Shown here piece after piece: positions 11,233 through 21,863 of a stretch of 64,000 bases of DNA. Numbering within the stretch: the first letter of the stretch is position 1; the number at the start of each line of letters is the position of its first letter. Position numbers and translations under genes: made by a program. The notes under the pieces were generated by a model. That model ran no database searches. It was not told the DNA's origin and worked only from the letters and a program-made list of their open reading frames with translations. The DNA is from Pseudomonadota bacterium (GTDB taxonomy: Bacteria > Pseudomonadota > Gammaproteobacteria > Eutrophobiales > Eutrophobiaceae). The DNA lies in the NCBI GenBank assembly GCA_013112535.1, contig JABFGI010000003.1:18895-82894 (forward strand), written 5' to 3'.

Positions 11233-11424
11233 TTAATGCTTTTTTATAGTATCCGGTTCAAAACCATTATCTATCGACCTGGACTCTGTTATTGCATAGC
11301 TTTCATTAATCCATTGTCCCAGATCAATTAATCTACAGCGCTTCGAGCAAAAAGGTCGATACTGATTTGAACTATCAAGTTCAGACTCTTTTTCACATAT
11401 CGGGCAAGATGCTACTTTATTCAT
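11233..11424 (-). CDS. yacG: DNA gyrase inhibitor YacG (zinc ribbon)
   Basis: CPICEK...CSKRCRLIDLGQW C4 zinc-ribbon. Start taken at the ATG overlapping the zapD stop (ATGA), MNKVASCPIC. Confidence 0.8.
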   Translation of the reverse strand: MNKVASCPICEKESELDSSNQYRPFCSKRCRLIDLGQWINESYAITESRSIDNGFEPDTIKKH

Positions 11425-12194
11425 AAAATGCAACAATGAAGTTCAAATTCAACATCGCTTGATGTTTGAGATGGTCTATTAATGGTAGACGTTTCTTCCA
11501 TAAAACGAATTGTGAATCGATGTTTGCCTCCACTGATTTCAGGATAATAACGACTGGCTGAAGGCAAAATAACCCTTATCAGTTGGCAGGCAATATCTGA
11601 TTCTATCGGTTTTTGGAAAAAACCGGATTCAGCTTTTTCTTTAACAGGGTTAGTACTATTTCTAATCATATCCAATGCTAAATGAGTCGATTTCTTAATA
11701 GGTTCTATGTCTTTGGACCAGTTCTCCAGGTCCTGTAGCTGTTTAACATTAGCCTGGTTTAGCCAGTAATGAAGTCTGGGTAAATCAAAGTTACATGTGC
11801 CACCTGGAATACTCGTGCGTTGTTTAAAACTAGTGACAAGTTCATCTTCCTTTAATGAGTTACCTGGCTGATAAGAGCTGCTTTTTAGCTCCAGGGATAA
11901 TTCGCCAATATCGCTGTTTATTTGTCTAAGTCTTGTTTGGTCGACAGCAGGGTTATTTTCAAGAGCAGTTAACATTAATGAATGACGCTCCAATTCTTTA
12001 ATTAACTCCGTTTTAAAATCAGAGCGACTAAGTAGATCATTGATTTCCAGAAGTGACTCCAGAATATTTCTATAATCCCATTTGCTTATAGATTCTTGTG
12101 AACGAAATGCAATAAGATCGAACAGGTGTTCTAAACGTAACAGGTTTCTCATCCTCTCGTTTAATGGTTGTTCGAATATTATTTTATTTTGCAT
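11421..12194 (-). CDS. zapD: cell division protein ZapD
   Basis: 257 aa. N-terminus MQNKIIFEQPLNERMRNLLRLEHLF is typical of ZapD/YacF. coaE-zapD-yacG synteny. Confidence 0.8.
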   Translation of the reverse strand: MQNKIIFEQPLNERMRNLLRLEHLFDLIAFRSQESISKWDYRNILESLLEINDLLSRSDFKTELIKELERHSLMLTALENNPAVDQTRLRQINSDIGELSLELKSSSYQPGNSLKEDELVTSFKQRTSIPGGTCNFDLPRLHYWLNQANVKQLQDLENWSKDIEPIKKSTHLALDMIRNSTNPVKEKAESGFFQKPIESDIACQLIRVILPSASRYYPEISGGKHRFTIRFMEETSTINRPSQTSSDVEFELHCCIL

Positions 12195-12223
12195 GATATA
12201 GAAAAATTTTGACGATCAATTAA

Positions 12224-12847
12224 TTATTCATTTTTTTCTTTATAATAGCTACTTAGTTCAAGGAATTTTTCGTGTAATTTAACAACTGAATTATTAAGCT
12301 CATTTATACCAAGCTTGTTCTCTATGACAAAATCAGCATATTTTAGTCGTTGCTTGCGACTAATCTGACTTTTTAATATTTTCTCGATATTCTTTTCGGA
12401 TGTATTGTCTCGATGATGTGCTCTTTCGATCTGTATGGTTTCTGGGGCATCGACAACTAATATTTTATCAAAACGCTCCATTGCTCTGGTTTCTATTAGT
12501 AGTGGTATCACTATCAAGCAATATGGATAGTTTAGCCTGGAAACCTGATTTTCTATTTCCTGATAAATGACTGGATGTAAAATTTCTTCGAGCTTTTTTT
12601 TAGCACTATCATCATGAAAAATGATAGAGCGTAATTTTTGTCGATTAAGCGTTCCTGACTTTGTTAATAGTTCATTACCAAACTCATGAATAATTTCATT
12701 TAGGCAAGGTCGGTCAGGTTTGACAATATCTCTCGATATAATGTCCGAATCGATGATCGGAACGCCAAGTTGGTGAAACATTGATGATACAGTCGATTTT
12801 CCACTGCCTATTCCACCCGTTAATGCAATACGTAAAACAGCCGACAT
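12224..12847 (-). CDS. coaE: dephospho-CoA kinase
   Basis: P-loop GGIGSGKST at the N-terminus. 207 aa. Position downstream of pilD is conserved in many Proteobacteria. Confidence 0.85.
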   Translation of the reverse strand: MSAVLRIALTGGIGSGKSTVSSMFHQLGVPIIDSDIISRDIVKPDRPCLNEIIHEFGNELLTKSGTLNRQKLRSIIFHDDSAKKKLEEILHPVIYQEIENQVSRLNYPYCLIVIPLLIETRAMERFDKILVVDAPETIQIERAHHRDNTSEKNIEKILKSQISRKQRLKYADFVIENKLGINELNNSVVKLHEKFLELSSYYKEKNE

Positions 12848-13732
12848 TTAAATAACAGCATTTAAATATGCAGACATTATGTCGGAACCCCACAGCATAG
12901 AAACCCAGCCTGCAATAGCGAGATAGGGGCCAAATGGTATGGCTGTTGATCTGTTGTGAGATTTAAATATCATTAATGTAATGCCAATTAAAGCTCCAAC
13001 TAATGATGACATTATTATAATAAGAGGCAGAAACTGATAACCGAACCATGCACCTAATACAGCTAACAATTTAAAATCACCATGACCCATACCTTCTTTT
13101 CCGGTGATTAATTTAAATGTTATGTAGACGAACCAGAGTATTCCATAACCAAAAATGGCACCTAAAACACTTGATTTTAAGTCAGTGAAAATACTAAATT
13201 TATCCAGATTTAGGATTATACCAAGCCATAAAAAAGGTAGCGTAATATCATCAGGAAGCAATTGATGATCAAAATCAATCATAGTTAAAGCGATCAATGC
13301 CCATGTCAGGCATATAGCAAATAATGCTTGTAATGAAACACCAAAATTATATGCGACTACAGTAACAGTTATTGCACTTACTAGTTCTATCAGAGGATAT
13401 CGAATAGATATTTTATTCTTGCATTTGCTACATTTTCCTTTCAGAAATAAATAGCTTATGACGGGTATATTTTCGATGGCCTTTAGTTGATGATTACAAG
13501 CAGGACAACGTGAGCGTGGCGTGACAAGGTTTAAACTTTTTCTGTCATTGTTATCTTCTGGTGCTTCAAGTTCAAGTAGTTCGCAACATTGTTCTTTCCA
13601 GTCACGCTCCATCATAATGGGCAGTCGGAAAATAACGACATTTAAAAAGCTACCGACAAGTAATCCCAGTATAAAGATAGTGCCGAGATAAAATACAAGG
13701 GAACTATTGAATAATTCGACGATTGCAGACAC
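12848..13732 (-). CDS. pilD: prepilin peptidase / N-methyltransferase PilD (A24 family)
   Basis: 294 aa polytopic membrane protein. Cys-rich cytoplasmic loop (CPACNHQL...CSKCKN) typical of PilD/PulO. Confidence 0.9.
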   Translation of the reverse strand: MSAIVELFNSSLVFYLGTIFILGLLVGSFLNVVIFRLPIMMERDWKEQCCELLELEAPEDNNDRKSLNLVTPRSRCPACNHQLKAIENIPVISYLFLKGKCSKCKNKISIRYPLIELVSAITVTVVAYNFGVSLQALFAICLTWALIALTMIDFDHQLLPDDITLPFLWLGIILNLDKFSIFTDLKSSVLGAIFGYGILWFVYITFKLITGKEGMGHGDFKLLAVLGAWFGYQFLPLIIIMSSLVGALIGITLMIFKSHNRSTAIPFGPYLAIAGWVSMLWGSDIMSAYLNAVI

Positions 13733-13814
13733 GTGTTTTCTCGGTAGATTAGCTAATGACTAAATACTACTGAATAAAAAAACTCTATAAACTACTCAGT
13801 AATTAAATTAAGGT

Positions 13815-15035
13815 TTATTTTACAACTTGTCCCATTTGGAAGATTGGTAGATACATACCAATAACGATGGTACCAATAACGCCGCCTAGAAACGCCATAA
13901 TCAATGGTTCAAGCAAGCTTGTCAGTGCCTCAACTGCATCATCAACTTCCTGCTCATACCAATCAGCGACTTTACCCAGCATCGTATCTATAGCACCGGA
14001 TTCTTCGCCAATAGCCACCATTTGTATGACCATATTTGGAAACAGATTTGTGTCTCGCATGGATGCTTGAAGCTGTGTACCTGTAGCAATTTCATCCTTC
14101 ATTTTCATTGTGGCGTCGTAAAAAACGATGTTGCCGCAGGCGCCAGCTACAGAGGTCATCGCTTCAACCATGGGTGTTCCTGCAGCGAACATGGTTTCCA
14201 GAGTTCTTGCAAAACGAGCAATGGCTCCTTTTTCCATTACTTCTCCAAGAACAGGCATTTTTAATATTGCTCTATCTAAAAATTGTTGAACGGCGGTAGA
14301 TCTCTTTTTTATTTCCATTGCGCCAAAAACTGCACCTCCCGCTACGCCAAAGATGGCCCACCACCAGGCGACAAAAATGTCTGAAGTGTCGACTAATAAT
14401 TGAGTTAGCGCAGGTAAATCAGCACCAAAACTTGAAAATAACTCAGAAAATTGCGGAATAACAAAGATCATTAGAATGGAGACAACAACACCAGCCATTA
14501 CTATTACGGCTGCAGGGTAAAAAAGAGCAGATTTAATTTTAGATTTTAATGCCTCGGTTTTTTCCATGTAAGTCGCAAGTTTATGCAGAATTGCTTCTAA
14601 AATACCGGCATGTTCACCAGCTTCAACCAAGTTGCAGTAAAGATCATTAAACTGTAATGGCCTTTTCTTAAGGGCGTCTGTCAGATTATTACCGGCTTCT
14701 ACATCAGCTTTAATGCCCAAAACTAACTCTTGCATCCCGGCATTTTCATGGCCGCGACCAACAATTTCAAAAGCCTGAACTAATGGAACACCAGATGACA
14801 TCATTGTAGCTAACTGACGGCTAAAGACTGTAATGTCCTTCGGAGTGATTTTGCTACTACCACCACCCAATAGAGGTTTTGACTTTTTCTTAACTTTAAG
14901 TGGATTAATGCCCTGGCGTCTTAGTGTCGCTTTAACCAAGGCCTCACTTTGTCCGCTCACTTCACCCTTAACTCGTTTGCCAGTTTTGTCCATGCCTTCC
15001 CAGGCATACATATCTGCTTTTTTTGCTTCAGCCAT
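13815..15035 (-). CDS. pilC: type IV pilus inner-membrane platform protein PilC (GspF family)
   Basis: 406 aa with two GspF repeats. N-terminus MAEAKKADMYAWEGMDKTGKRVKGE resembles PilC. Lies between pilB and pilD. Confidence 0.9.
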   Translation of the reverse strand: MAEAKKADMYAWEGMDKTGKRVKGEVSGQSEALVKATLRRQGINPLKVKKKSKPLLGGGSSKITPKDITVFSRQLATMMSSGVPLVQAFEIVGRGHENAGMQELVLGIKADVEAGNNLTDALKKRPLQFNDLYCNLVEAGEHAGILEAILHKLATYMEKTEALKSKIKSALFYPAAVIVMAGVVVSILMIFVIPQFSELFSSFGADLPALTQLLVDTSDIFVAWWWAIFGVAGGAVFGAMEIKKRSTAVQQFLDRAILKMPVLGEVMEKGAIARFARTLETMFAAGTPMVEAMTSVAGACGNIVFYDATMKMKDEIATGTQLQASMRDTNLFPNMVIQMVAIGEESGAIDTMLGKVADWYEQEVDDAVEALTSLLEPLIMAFLGGVIGTIVIGMYLPIFQMGQVVK

Positions 15036-15040
15036 AATAT

Positions 15041-16756
15041 TTACTCTACTGTTACTCGGTTAACTTCAGTTAAACTGGTAATACCATCTGCTGCTTTTTG
15101 TAAGCCCGAACGGCGGATATCCCATATTCCTTCAGATGCGGATTGGTCAGCCAATTGCACTGCATTAGCTCCCTCTATAATTAATCGCTTCATATCATCC
15201 GAAATAGGCATTACTTGATAGATACCTGCTCGCCCCTTATATCCCGGGTTATCATCAGTTATTTCGCCTGGTTCAAACAAACTGATACCCTTTTCAATCA
15301 TGTCATCAGTGTATCCTTCATCTTTTAAGGCATCATCTGGCATTTCCAATGGCACACGATTATTTGGATTCAAGCGTCGCAATAGTCGTTGTGCTGTAAT
15401 CAAATTAATGCTGGTCGCAACGGCAAATGCCTGGATGCCCATATCTTGTAATCGAGTCAAAGTTTGTGGGCCATCATTAGTATGCAAGGTAGACATAACC
15501 ATGTGACCTGTCTGTGCTGCTTTAACTGCAATTGAAGCTGTGCCCAAATCACGCACCTCTCCAACCAGGATAATATCCGGATCTTGTCGTAGAAAAGCTT
15601 TTAAGGCTTTTTCAAATGTCATACCAGTTCGTTCATCTACCTGAACCTGATTAACTCCAGGTAAGTTAATTTCAACCGGATCTTCAGCTGTAGAAATATT
15701 AATATCTACCTGGTTTAATATATTGATTCCTGTGTATAGCGACACGGTTTTACCACTACCTGTTGGCCCAGTAACGAGAAACATGCCATAGGGTTTATGT
15801 AGGTTGCTAAGGAACATTTCTTTTTGATGATCTTCATAACCAAGCTGATCGATTTGTAATGCAGCAGCATCAGAATCGAGTATACGCATACAGCTTTTTT
15901 CGCCAAATAGAGTAGGGCAGGTGCTAACACGAAAATCGATAGATTTCGATTTCGAAAGCTTAAGTTTAATACGACCGTCTTGTGGAACACGTCGTTCTGA
16001 CACATCCAGTCGAGACATCACCTTTATACGAGCAGCGATTTTCATACTAAGACTCATTGGTGGTTTAGCGACTTCCTGTAATACACCATCTATACGAAAA
16101 CGTACGCGATATGATTTTTCGTATGGTTCAAAGTGTAAATCTGAAGCACCCTTCTTAATCGCGTCCAGTAAACATTTATTAACAAAACGTACAACGGGAG
16201 CATCGTCAACATCGGAGTCATCCTGTTCTTGAGGACCGTCTTCGGCGACTTCAAGATCATCAAGATCATCAAAATCCTCATCATCCATGTCTCCCAGACC
16301 ACCATCGGCAGCTTCTATTGCTTTTTCAATAGTTTTAGCAAGTTTGTCTTCTTCGACAACAATGGCATCAGTACTTAGACTTGTGGCAAATTTAATTTCA
16401 TCAAGTGCTTGAATATTAGTTGGATCTGAGACTGCGACAGCAAGTCGTTTGCCACGTTTAAAAATTGGGAGAGCATTGTGTTTTTTAATAAGGTCTTCTT
16501 TGACTAGTTTGATAACATCTGGATCAATTTCAAGAAGATCAATATCTACCAGTGGCGCGCCAAATTCCTGAGCTGCTGCTAATGCAATAGTACTACTGGG
16601 AACAAGTTTATTTTCAACGATCAGACTGACAAAAGGTTTCTTCTTCTTTATAGAATCTTGAAGCGTACTTTGAGCCTTTTCTTCATCAAGCAAGCCATCA
16701 AGTACAAGCTTTCGTGCTAGCCCACTAAGATTTATTTTTTTTGCTGGAGTCGACAT
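15041..16756 (-). CDS. pilB: type IV pilus assembly ATPase PilB (GspE family)
   Basis: 571 aa. Walker A GPTGSGKT, His/Asp boxes and N-terminal GSPII domain. Confidence 0.92.
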   Translation of the reverse strand: MSTPAKKINLSGLARKLVLDGLLDEEKAQSTLQDSIKKKKPFVSLIVENKLVPSSTIALAAAQEFGAPLVDIDLLEIDPDVIKLVKEDLIKKHNALPIFKRGKRLAVAVSDPTNIQALDEIKFATSLSTDAIVVEEDKLAKTIEKAIEAADGGLGDMDDEDFDDLDDLEVAEDGPQEQDDSDVDDAPVVRFVNKCLLDAIKKGASDLHFEPYEKSYRVRFRIDGVLQEVAKPPMSLSMKIAARIKVMSRLDVSERRVPQDGRIKLKLSKSKSIDFRVSTCPTLFGEKSCMRILDSDAAALQIDQLGYEDHQKEMFLSNLHKPYGMFLVTGPTGSGKTVSLYTGINILNQVDINISTAEDPVEINLPGVNQVQVDERTGMTFEKALKAFLRQDPDIILVGEVRDLGTASIAVKAAQTGHMVMSTLHTNDGPQTLTRLQDMGIQAFAVATSINLITAQRLLRRLNPNNRVPLEMPDDALKDEGYTDDMIEKGISLFEPGEITDDNPGYKGRAGIYQVMPISDDMKRLIIEGANAVQLADQSASEGIWDIRRSGLQKAADGITSLTEVNRVTVE

Positions 16757-16912
16757 TTCCGAATTTCTTGACCTGTTTTATCAAGTGTTTTCAGCTAGAT
16801 ATTAGAGTATATGAAACAAATAACCAACTGTTTTAATTAATAAATAGCTCAATAATTAGACGATAATTGCCAGATCCCGCCCAAAATACTATTTGTAATA
16901 GATGGTATAGGC

Positions 16913-19504
16913 TTATGCGGCGTCAGATTCCAGTTTAGAAAATAGTAACTTTCCTTCCGAAACACCCACTTTTATTATGGATCCTGGTTCATATTGACCC
17001 AGCAGAATTTTCTCAGCTATCGGTGTTTCAATCTTGTCCTGCACAGCACGTTTCAATGGTCTGGCTCCATATACGGGGTCAAAACCCGCTTTTCCGAGTT
17101 CATTAAGTGCGTCTGCATCCACGTTCAGGTCAATTTCCTGCGCCAGTAAACGATTTTGCAAGCGCTTAATCTGGATTTCTGCAATTGCCTGAATTTGTTC
17201 CTGTAGCAATGCATGGAAAACGACAACTTCATCGATTCTGTTCAGGAATTCAGGTCTGAAATGATTACTGACTTCATGCATTACGATTTCTTTCATGTTG
17301 TCATATTCAGAATCGGCAGACATCTCCTGTATCAGATTCGACCCCAGATTAGAGGTCATCACTATTACAGTATTGCGAAAATCGACGGTTCTACCATGAC
17401 CATCCGTCAAACGCCCATCATCAAGCACCTGTAGCAAAATATTAAATACATCTGCGTGAGCTTTTTCTATTTCATCCAGTAAAATTAAACTATAGGGACG
17501 ACGTCTGACTGCTTCAGTTAAATACCCGCCTTGTTCGTAGCCGACATAACCCGGAGGAGCTCCAATCAATCGAGAAACGGCATGTTTTTCCATGTATTCG
17601 GACATATCAATTCGGATCATGGCATCTTCGCTATCAAATAAAAATTCAGTCAGGCTTTTACATAATTCAGTTTTGCCGACACCGGTAGGACCAAGGAAAA
17701 GAAAACTGCCATTGGGTTTATCAGGGTCAGAAAGTCCCGCTCGTGATCGGCGAATCGCGTTAGAAACAGCGGTTATGGCTTGTTCTTGTCCGACAACACG
17801 GTTGTGCAATATATCTTCCATTGATAATAGTTTTTCGCGTTCGCCTTCCAGCATTTTGCTGACTGGTATCCCGGTCCAATTAGCGACAACTTCGGCAATT
17901 TCATTTTCAGTTACCTTATTTCGCAGTAACTTCATGTCTTGCATTTCTGCCTGTCCGGCCATGTCTAACTGTTTTTCAAGCTCGGGAATAACGCCATATT
18001 GCAGTTCTGACATCTGGTTTAGATCACCGGAACGTTTCGCGGCTTCAAAATCAAGTCTGGCCTGTTCCAGCTTTTCTTTAATATTATGTGTCCCTTGTAA
18101 TGCGGCTTTTTCAGAAATCCAGATTTCTTCCAAATCTGTAAATTCACGTTCGATATTTTTAATATCAGCTTCAAGTAATTCCATTCGCTTTTTTGATGCA
18201 TCGTCAGTTTCTTTCTTTAATGCTTCACGTTCAATTTTCATCTGGATTACACGTCGTTCAAGACGATCCATTGATTCAGGTTTTGAATCAATTTCTATAC
18301 TGATACGGCTTGCTGATTCATCAATTAAGTCGATTGCCTTATCCGGTAATTGACGGTCAGTAATATATCGGTTTGATAGAGTTGCAGCGGCGACAATGGC
18401 TGGATCAGTTATTTGTACATTATGATGTACTTCGTAACGTTCTTTAAGACCACGAAGTATGGCAATAGTATCTTCAACAGTAGGTTCATTAACAAGAACC
18501 TTCTGAAAACGACGTTCCAATGCCGCATCTTTTTCAATGTTCTCACGATATTCGTTAAGGGTAGTCGCGCCAATACAGTGAAGTTCGCCTCTTGCCAAAG
18601 CAGGTTTAAGCATATTGCCCGCATCCATAGCACCTTCGGCTTTGCCTGCACCAACCATGGTATGGACTTCGTCGATAAATAAAATGATTTGTCCTTCTTG
18701 TTTAGACAGGTCATTCAATACTGCTTTTAAACGTTCTTCGAATTCACCACGGAATTTTGCACCTGCAATAAGCGCAGCCATATCTAACGATAATAACCGT
18801 TTATTTTTCAATGACTCTGGAACTTCACCATTGATAATACGTTGTGCCAGCCCTTCAACAATTGCTGTTTTACCAACTCCGGGTTCACCAATTAAAACAG
18901 GGTTATTTTTAGTGCGTCTTTGTAATACCTGGATAGTTCGTCGTATTTCTTCATCGCGACCTATGACTGGATCCAGTTTTCCACTTTCAGCACGGGCAGT
19001 AACATCTGTAGTAAATTTTTCCAACGCCTGTCGGTTTTCTTCAGCATTTGAATCACTGACTTTTTCTCCACCACGCAAGGCTTCAATGGCAGCATTTATT
19101 CTGTTTTTATCAGCGCCATTCTCTTTAAAAATTGACCCAAGTTTTCCTTTGTCTTCCAATACGGCAAGAGCAAAAAGCTCGCTGGCGATAAAATCATCAT
19201 TACGATCTTGCGCCGCTTTATCCATGAGATTCAGAACACGATCTAAATCTTTACTGATGTGAATATCTCCCGCAGCACCACTGACGGTGGGTAGAGAGTT
19301 CAGTAAATTTATAATTTCGCTACCAAGTTTATTCAGGTTAATGCCCGAAGTGGAAAGTATATGAGGTAAAGTTCCACCTTCCTGATTTAGTAATGCATGT
19401 GCCAGATGAACCGGCTCTATATATTGATGATCACGGCCGACAGCAAGGCTTTGCGATTCGGCCAATGCCATTTGCAATTTTGATGTCAATTTATCCGGGC
19501 GCAT
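16913..19504 (-). CDS. clpB: ATP-dependent chaperone ClpB
   Basis: 863 aa with two AAA+ modules and a middle coiled-coil. N-terminus [23 protein letters not shown] matches ClpB. Confidence 0.97.
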   Translation of the reverse strand: MRPDKLTSKLQMALAESQSLAVGRDHQYIEPVHLAHALLNQEGGTLPHILSTSGINLNKLGSEIINLLNSLPTVSGAAGDIHISKDLDRVLNLMDKAAQDRNDDFIASELFALAVLEDKGKLGSIFKENGADKNRINAAIEALRGGEKVSDSNAEENRQALEKFTTDVTARAESGKLDPVIGRDEEIRRTIQVLQRRTKNNPVLIGEPGVGKTAIVEGLAQRIINGEVPESLKNKRLLSLDMAALIAGAKFRGEFEERLKAVLNDLSKQEGQIILFIDEVHTMVGAGKAEGAMDAGNMLKPALARGELHCIGATTLNEYRENIEKDAALERRFQKVLVNEPTVEDTIAILRGLKERYEVHHNVQITDPAIVAAATLSNRYITDRQLPDKAIDLIDESASRISIEIDSKPESMDRLERRVIQMKIEREALKKETDDASKKRMELLEADIKNIEREFTDLEEIWISEKAALQGTHNIKEKLEQARLDFEAAKRSGDLNQMSELQYGVIPELEKQLDMAGQAEMQDMKLLRNKVTENEIAEVVANWTGIPVSKMLEGEREKLLSMEDILHNRVVGQEQAITAVSNAIRRSRAGLSDPDKPNGSFLFLGPTGVGKTELCKSLTEFLFDSEDAMIRIDMSEYMEKHAVSRLIGAPPGYVGYEQGGYLTEAVRRRPYSLILLDEIEKAHADVFNILLQVLDDGRLTDGHGRTVDFRNTVIVMTSNLGSNLIQEMSADSEYDNMKEIVMHEVSNHFRPEFLNRIDEVVVFHALLQEQIQAIAEIQIKRLQNRLLAQEIDLNVDADALNELGKAGFDPVYGARPLKRAVQDKIETPIAEKILLGQYEPGSIIKVGVSEGKLLFSKLESDAA

Positions 19505-19541
19505 GATTTATGTCCTGCTAATTAGTCATTCTTAAGAAGAT

Positions 19542-19570
19542 AAATAGGGACAAAAAAATAATCTTCAAGT
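19542..19570 (-). promoter_or_regulatory. candidate sigma-32 heat-shock promoter for clpB
   Basis: Minus strand reads CTTGAAG-N13-TCCCTATTT (consensus CTTGAAA-N13-15-CCCCATnT). It ends about 40 nt upstream of the clpB ATG. Confidence 0.5.
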
Positions 19571-19635
19571 AGTTAAAGTTAAAAAATGAATCAGATTATT
19601 TTTAGTGAGAAAAATAAAACCACTACTTTTGTAAA

Positions 19636-21057
19636 TTAATAGACACCTATGTCGATATATGATCGCACTATCTTTTTTATAGCGACAACATATGATGCTG
19701 TTCTGAAATCAGTGATTTTGTCGCTGGAATGATAGGCTTCTTTTAATTGTTGATAACTGTTACGCATAGTGTCATCAAGTCCTGAACGAACCAGATCAAG
19801 TTCGTCTGCGCCATAAATTAATTCTTTTTGCATCCATTCTTCAGATTGTTTCCCAGTTAATGATTCCAGGGCTTGAACCATTTTTGCGCCGCGCATTTCA
19901 TCGTGACGTCTTTCCATACGACCAAAACGAATGTGTGCTAAATTACGCACCCATTCAAAATACGAAACGGTCACACCACCGGCATTCACATAGGCATCCG
20001 GTATGATCGTAACGCCACGATGCCGTAAAATATCGTCAGCTTCGAAAGTAACCGGGCCGTTAGCCGCTTCAAATATAACTTTAGCCTTTATATTTTCGGC
20101 ATTTTTCTTTGTAATTTGTGCTTCCATAGCAGCAGGAATCAAAATATCACATTCTATTTCCAAACCTGATGCACCATCCTCTGAAAATTTGGCATCGGGA
20201 AAGCCCTTGATAGTGCCGTGTTCGTTAATATGTTGACGAACGTCTTCAACGCATATTCCATCATCGTTTATCAATACACCATCTCGTTCGATTATTGCGA
20301 TAACTTTACAATCGTCTTCTTCGTCCAGGAGTGCAGCTGCGTAGTAACCAACATTTCCCAGACCCTGAACAACAATGCGCTTTCCTCCAAGTCCGGGTTT
20401 AAGTCCAGCTGCTTCAACATCATCTGCATGACGAAAGAATTCTCGAATTGCATAAACAACGCCTCTACCGGTAGCTTCGGTTCTTCCACGAATACCACCG
20501 TGCGCGACAGGTTTACCAGTAACACAACCGAGATAATTAATGTCTTCAGGGTGAAGATGTCTGTATGTGTCAGTTATCCAGGCCATCTCTCGTTCACCGG
20601 TACCCATATCCGGTGCGGGAACATTGGTTGCCGGGCTGAGAAATCCCTTACGAATGAGCTCTCTTGCAAAGCGACGCGTTATTCTTTGCATATCATCACG
20701 TGTATATTTTGAAGGTTCGATTAGTAAACCGCCTTTTGAACCTCCAAAGGGGACATCGACTATGGCGCATTTATATGTCATTAATGATGCTAATGCTTCA
20801 ACCTCATCTTCATCTACTATCGAAGCAAAGCGAATACCGCCTTTAGATGGTAGACGATGATCGCTATGAACGGAACGCCAGCCGGTAAATACTTCAATTT
20901 TGCCATTGATTTCGACAGGAAAGCTGACTTTGATCGTAGAGTTACAGGTTTTAATTGCGGCGGCTATTCCTTGATCAATATCAAGTACTGACAATGCACG
21001 ATCAACCATGAAGTTGACGCTTTCACTAAAACTGAGTGTTTTGTTATTGTGCCCCAT
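19636..21057 (-). CDS. Glu/Leu/Phe/Val-family dehydrogenase, probably NAD(P) glutamate dehydrogenase
   Basis: 473 aa. Glycine-rich VPFGGSKGG catalytic motif and a Rossmann region downstream. Confidence 0.8.
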   Translation of the reverse strand: MGHNNKTLSFSESVNFMVDRALSVLDIDQGIAAAIKTCNSTIKVSFPVEINGKIEVFTGWRSVHSDHRLPSKGGIRFASIVDEDEVEALASLMTYKCAIVDVPFGGSKGGLLIEPSKYTRDDMQRITRRFARELIRKGFLSPATNVPAPDMGTGEREMAWITDTYRHLHPEDINYLGCVTGKPVAHGGIRGRTEATGRGVVYAIREFFRHADDVEAAGLKPGLGGKRIVVQGLGNVGYYAAALLDEEDDCKVIAIIERDGVLINDDGICVEDVRQHINEHGTIKGFPDAKFSEDGASGLEIECDILIPAAMEAQITKKNAENIKAKVIFEAANGPVTFEADDILRHRGVTIIPDAYVNAGGVTVSYFEWVRNLAHIRFGRMERRHDEMRGAKMVQALESLTGKQSEEWMQKELIYGADELDLVRSGLDDTMRNSYQQLKEAYHSSDKITDFRTASYVVAIKKIVRSYIDIGVY

Positions 21058-21119
21058 TCCTGATTCTCCCTGACATTATTATTATGCTTATAAAAATAAA
21101 GCTTAGTCCAAAATTGAGA

Positions 21120-21863
21120 CTATTCCATCCAAATCATTGAAGCCATCCGACCAGTTTCTCTGTCACGACGATAGGAATAGAACATGTCATCTAATTTGTA
21201 CGTGCATAAACCACATTCATGAATCGAGCCAACTCTCTCTTTTTCCATAAGAATTCTGACAATTTGTACTAGATTTGCATACCAATGGTTACGGTTGGTT
21301 TGTTTGAAGGCCTTTTCCAGCATTTTTGAGTGACTTAAGCAGTTTTCATAGACTTCTGTGCCGACTTCATAGTATTTCTGGCTAATACAAGGACCAATCC
21401 AGGCAATCAGGTTTTCCGGTTCTGAAAACGCTTTCAGGCTGTTTTCAATAATGCCGCCACAGATACCACGCCAGCCAGCATGCACAGCGGCAATCTTTGT
21501 TCCTTCTTTATTGCAAAGTAAAATTGGAACGCAGTCTGCGGTCATAATGACACTTACCCTGTTTTTTTGGGTTGTAACACTGGCGTCTGCTTTCCTGTTT
21601 GCAGAGGGACGATCAATAGAGATTATTTTTGCACTATGTGTCTGTTCTAACCAGAATGGTTCTGAAGATAAATCTAGGTAATTAAATAGTATTTCGCGGT
21701 TACTTTTTACATCATCAGGGTTATCACCAACGTGGAGTGCAAGATTAAATTCATTATAAGGTGCTGTACTGTAACCACCTGTTCTGAGCGAAGTACCTGC
21801 GCGAATATGTTTTGGCGCTGGCCAATCGGCATCAAGCCAAATGTTATTTTTCTGCCTGGTCAT
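21120..21863 (-). CDS. pgeF: YfiH/PgeF family purine nucleoside phosphorylase (laccase-domain protein, peptidoglycan editing factor)
   Basis: 247 aa. DUF152-type motifs (TTRxGGxS, HAGWRG). Overlaps the rluD 3' end by 20 nt, giving the conserved rluD-pgeF pairing. Confidence 0.75.
   Translation of the reverse strand: MTRQKNNIWLDADWPAPKHIRAGTSLRTGGYSTAPYNEFNLALHVGDNPDDVKSNREILFNYLDLSSEPFWLEQTHSAKIISIDRPSANRKADASVTTQKNRVSVIMTADCVPILLCNKEGTKIAAVHAGWRGICGGIIENSLKAFSEPENLIAWIGPCISQKYYEVGTEVYENCLSHSKMLEKAFKQTNRNHWYANLVQIVRILMEKERVGSIHECGLCTYKLDDMFYSYRRDRETGRMASMIWME

Noticed and set aside
17592-19262. Plus-strand ORFs (253 aa, 215 aa, 89 aa) inside clpB
   Set aside because: These are antisense shadow ORFs of the highly conserved clpB coding region.
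20218-20712. 164-aa plus-strand ORF within the GDH gene
   Set aside because: It is antisense to a conserved dehydrogenase domain and has a Cys/Ser/Asn-rich low-complexity translation, so it is a shadow ORF.
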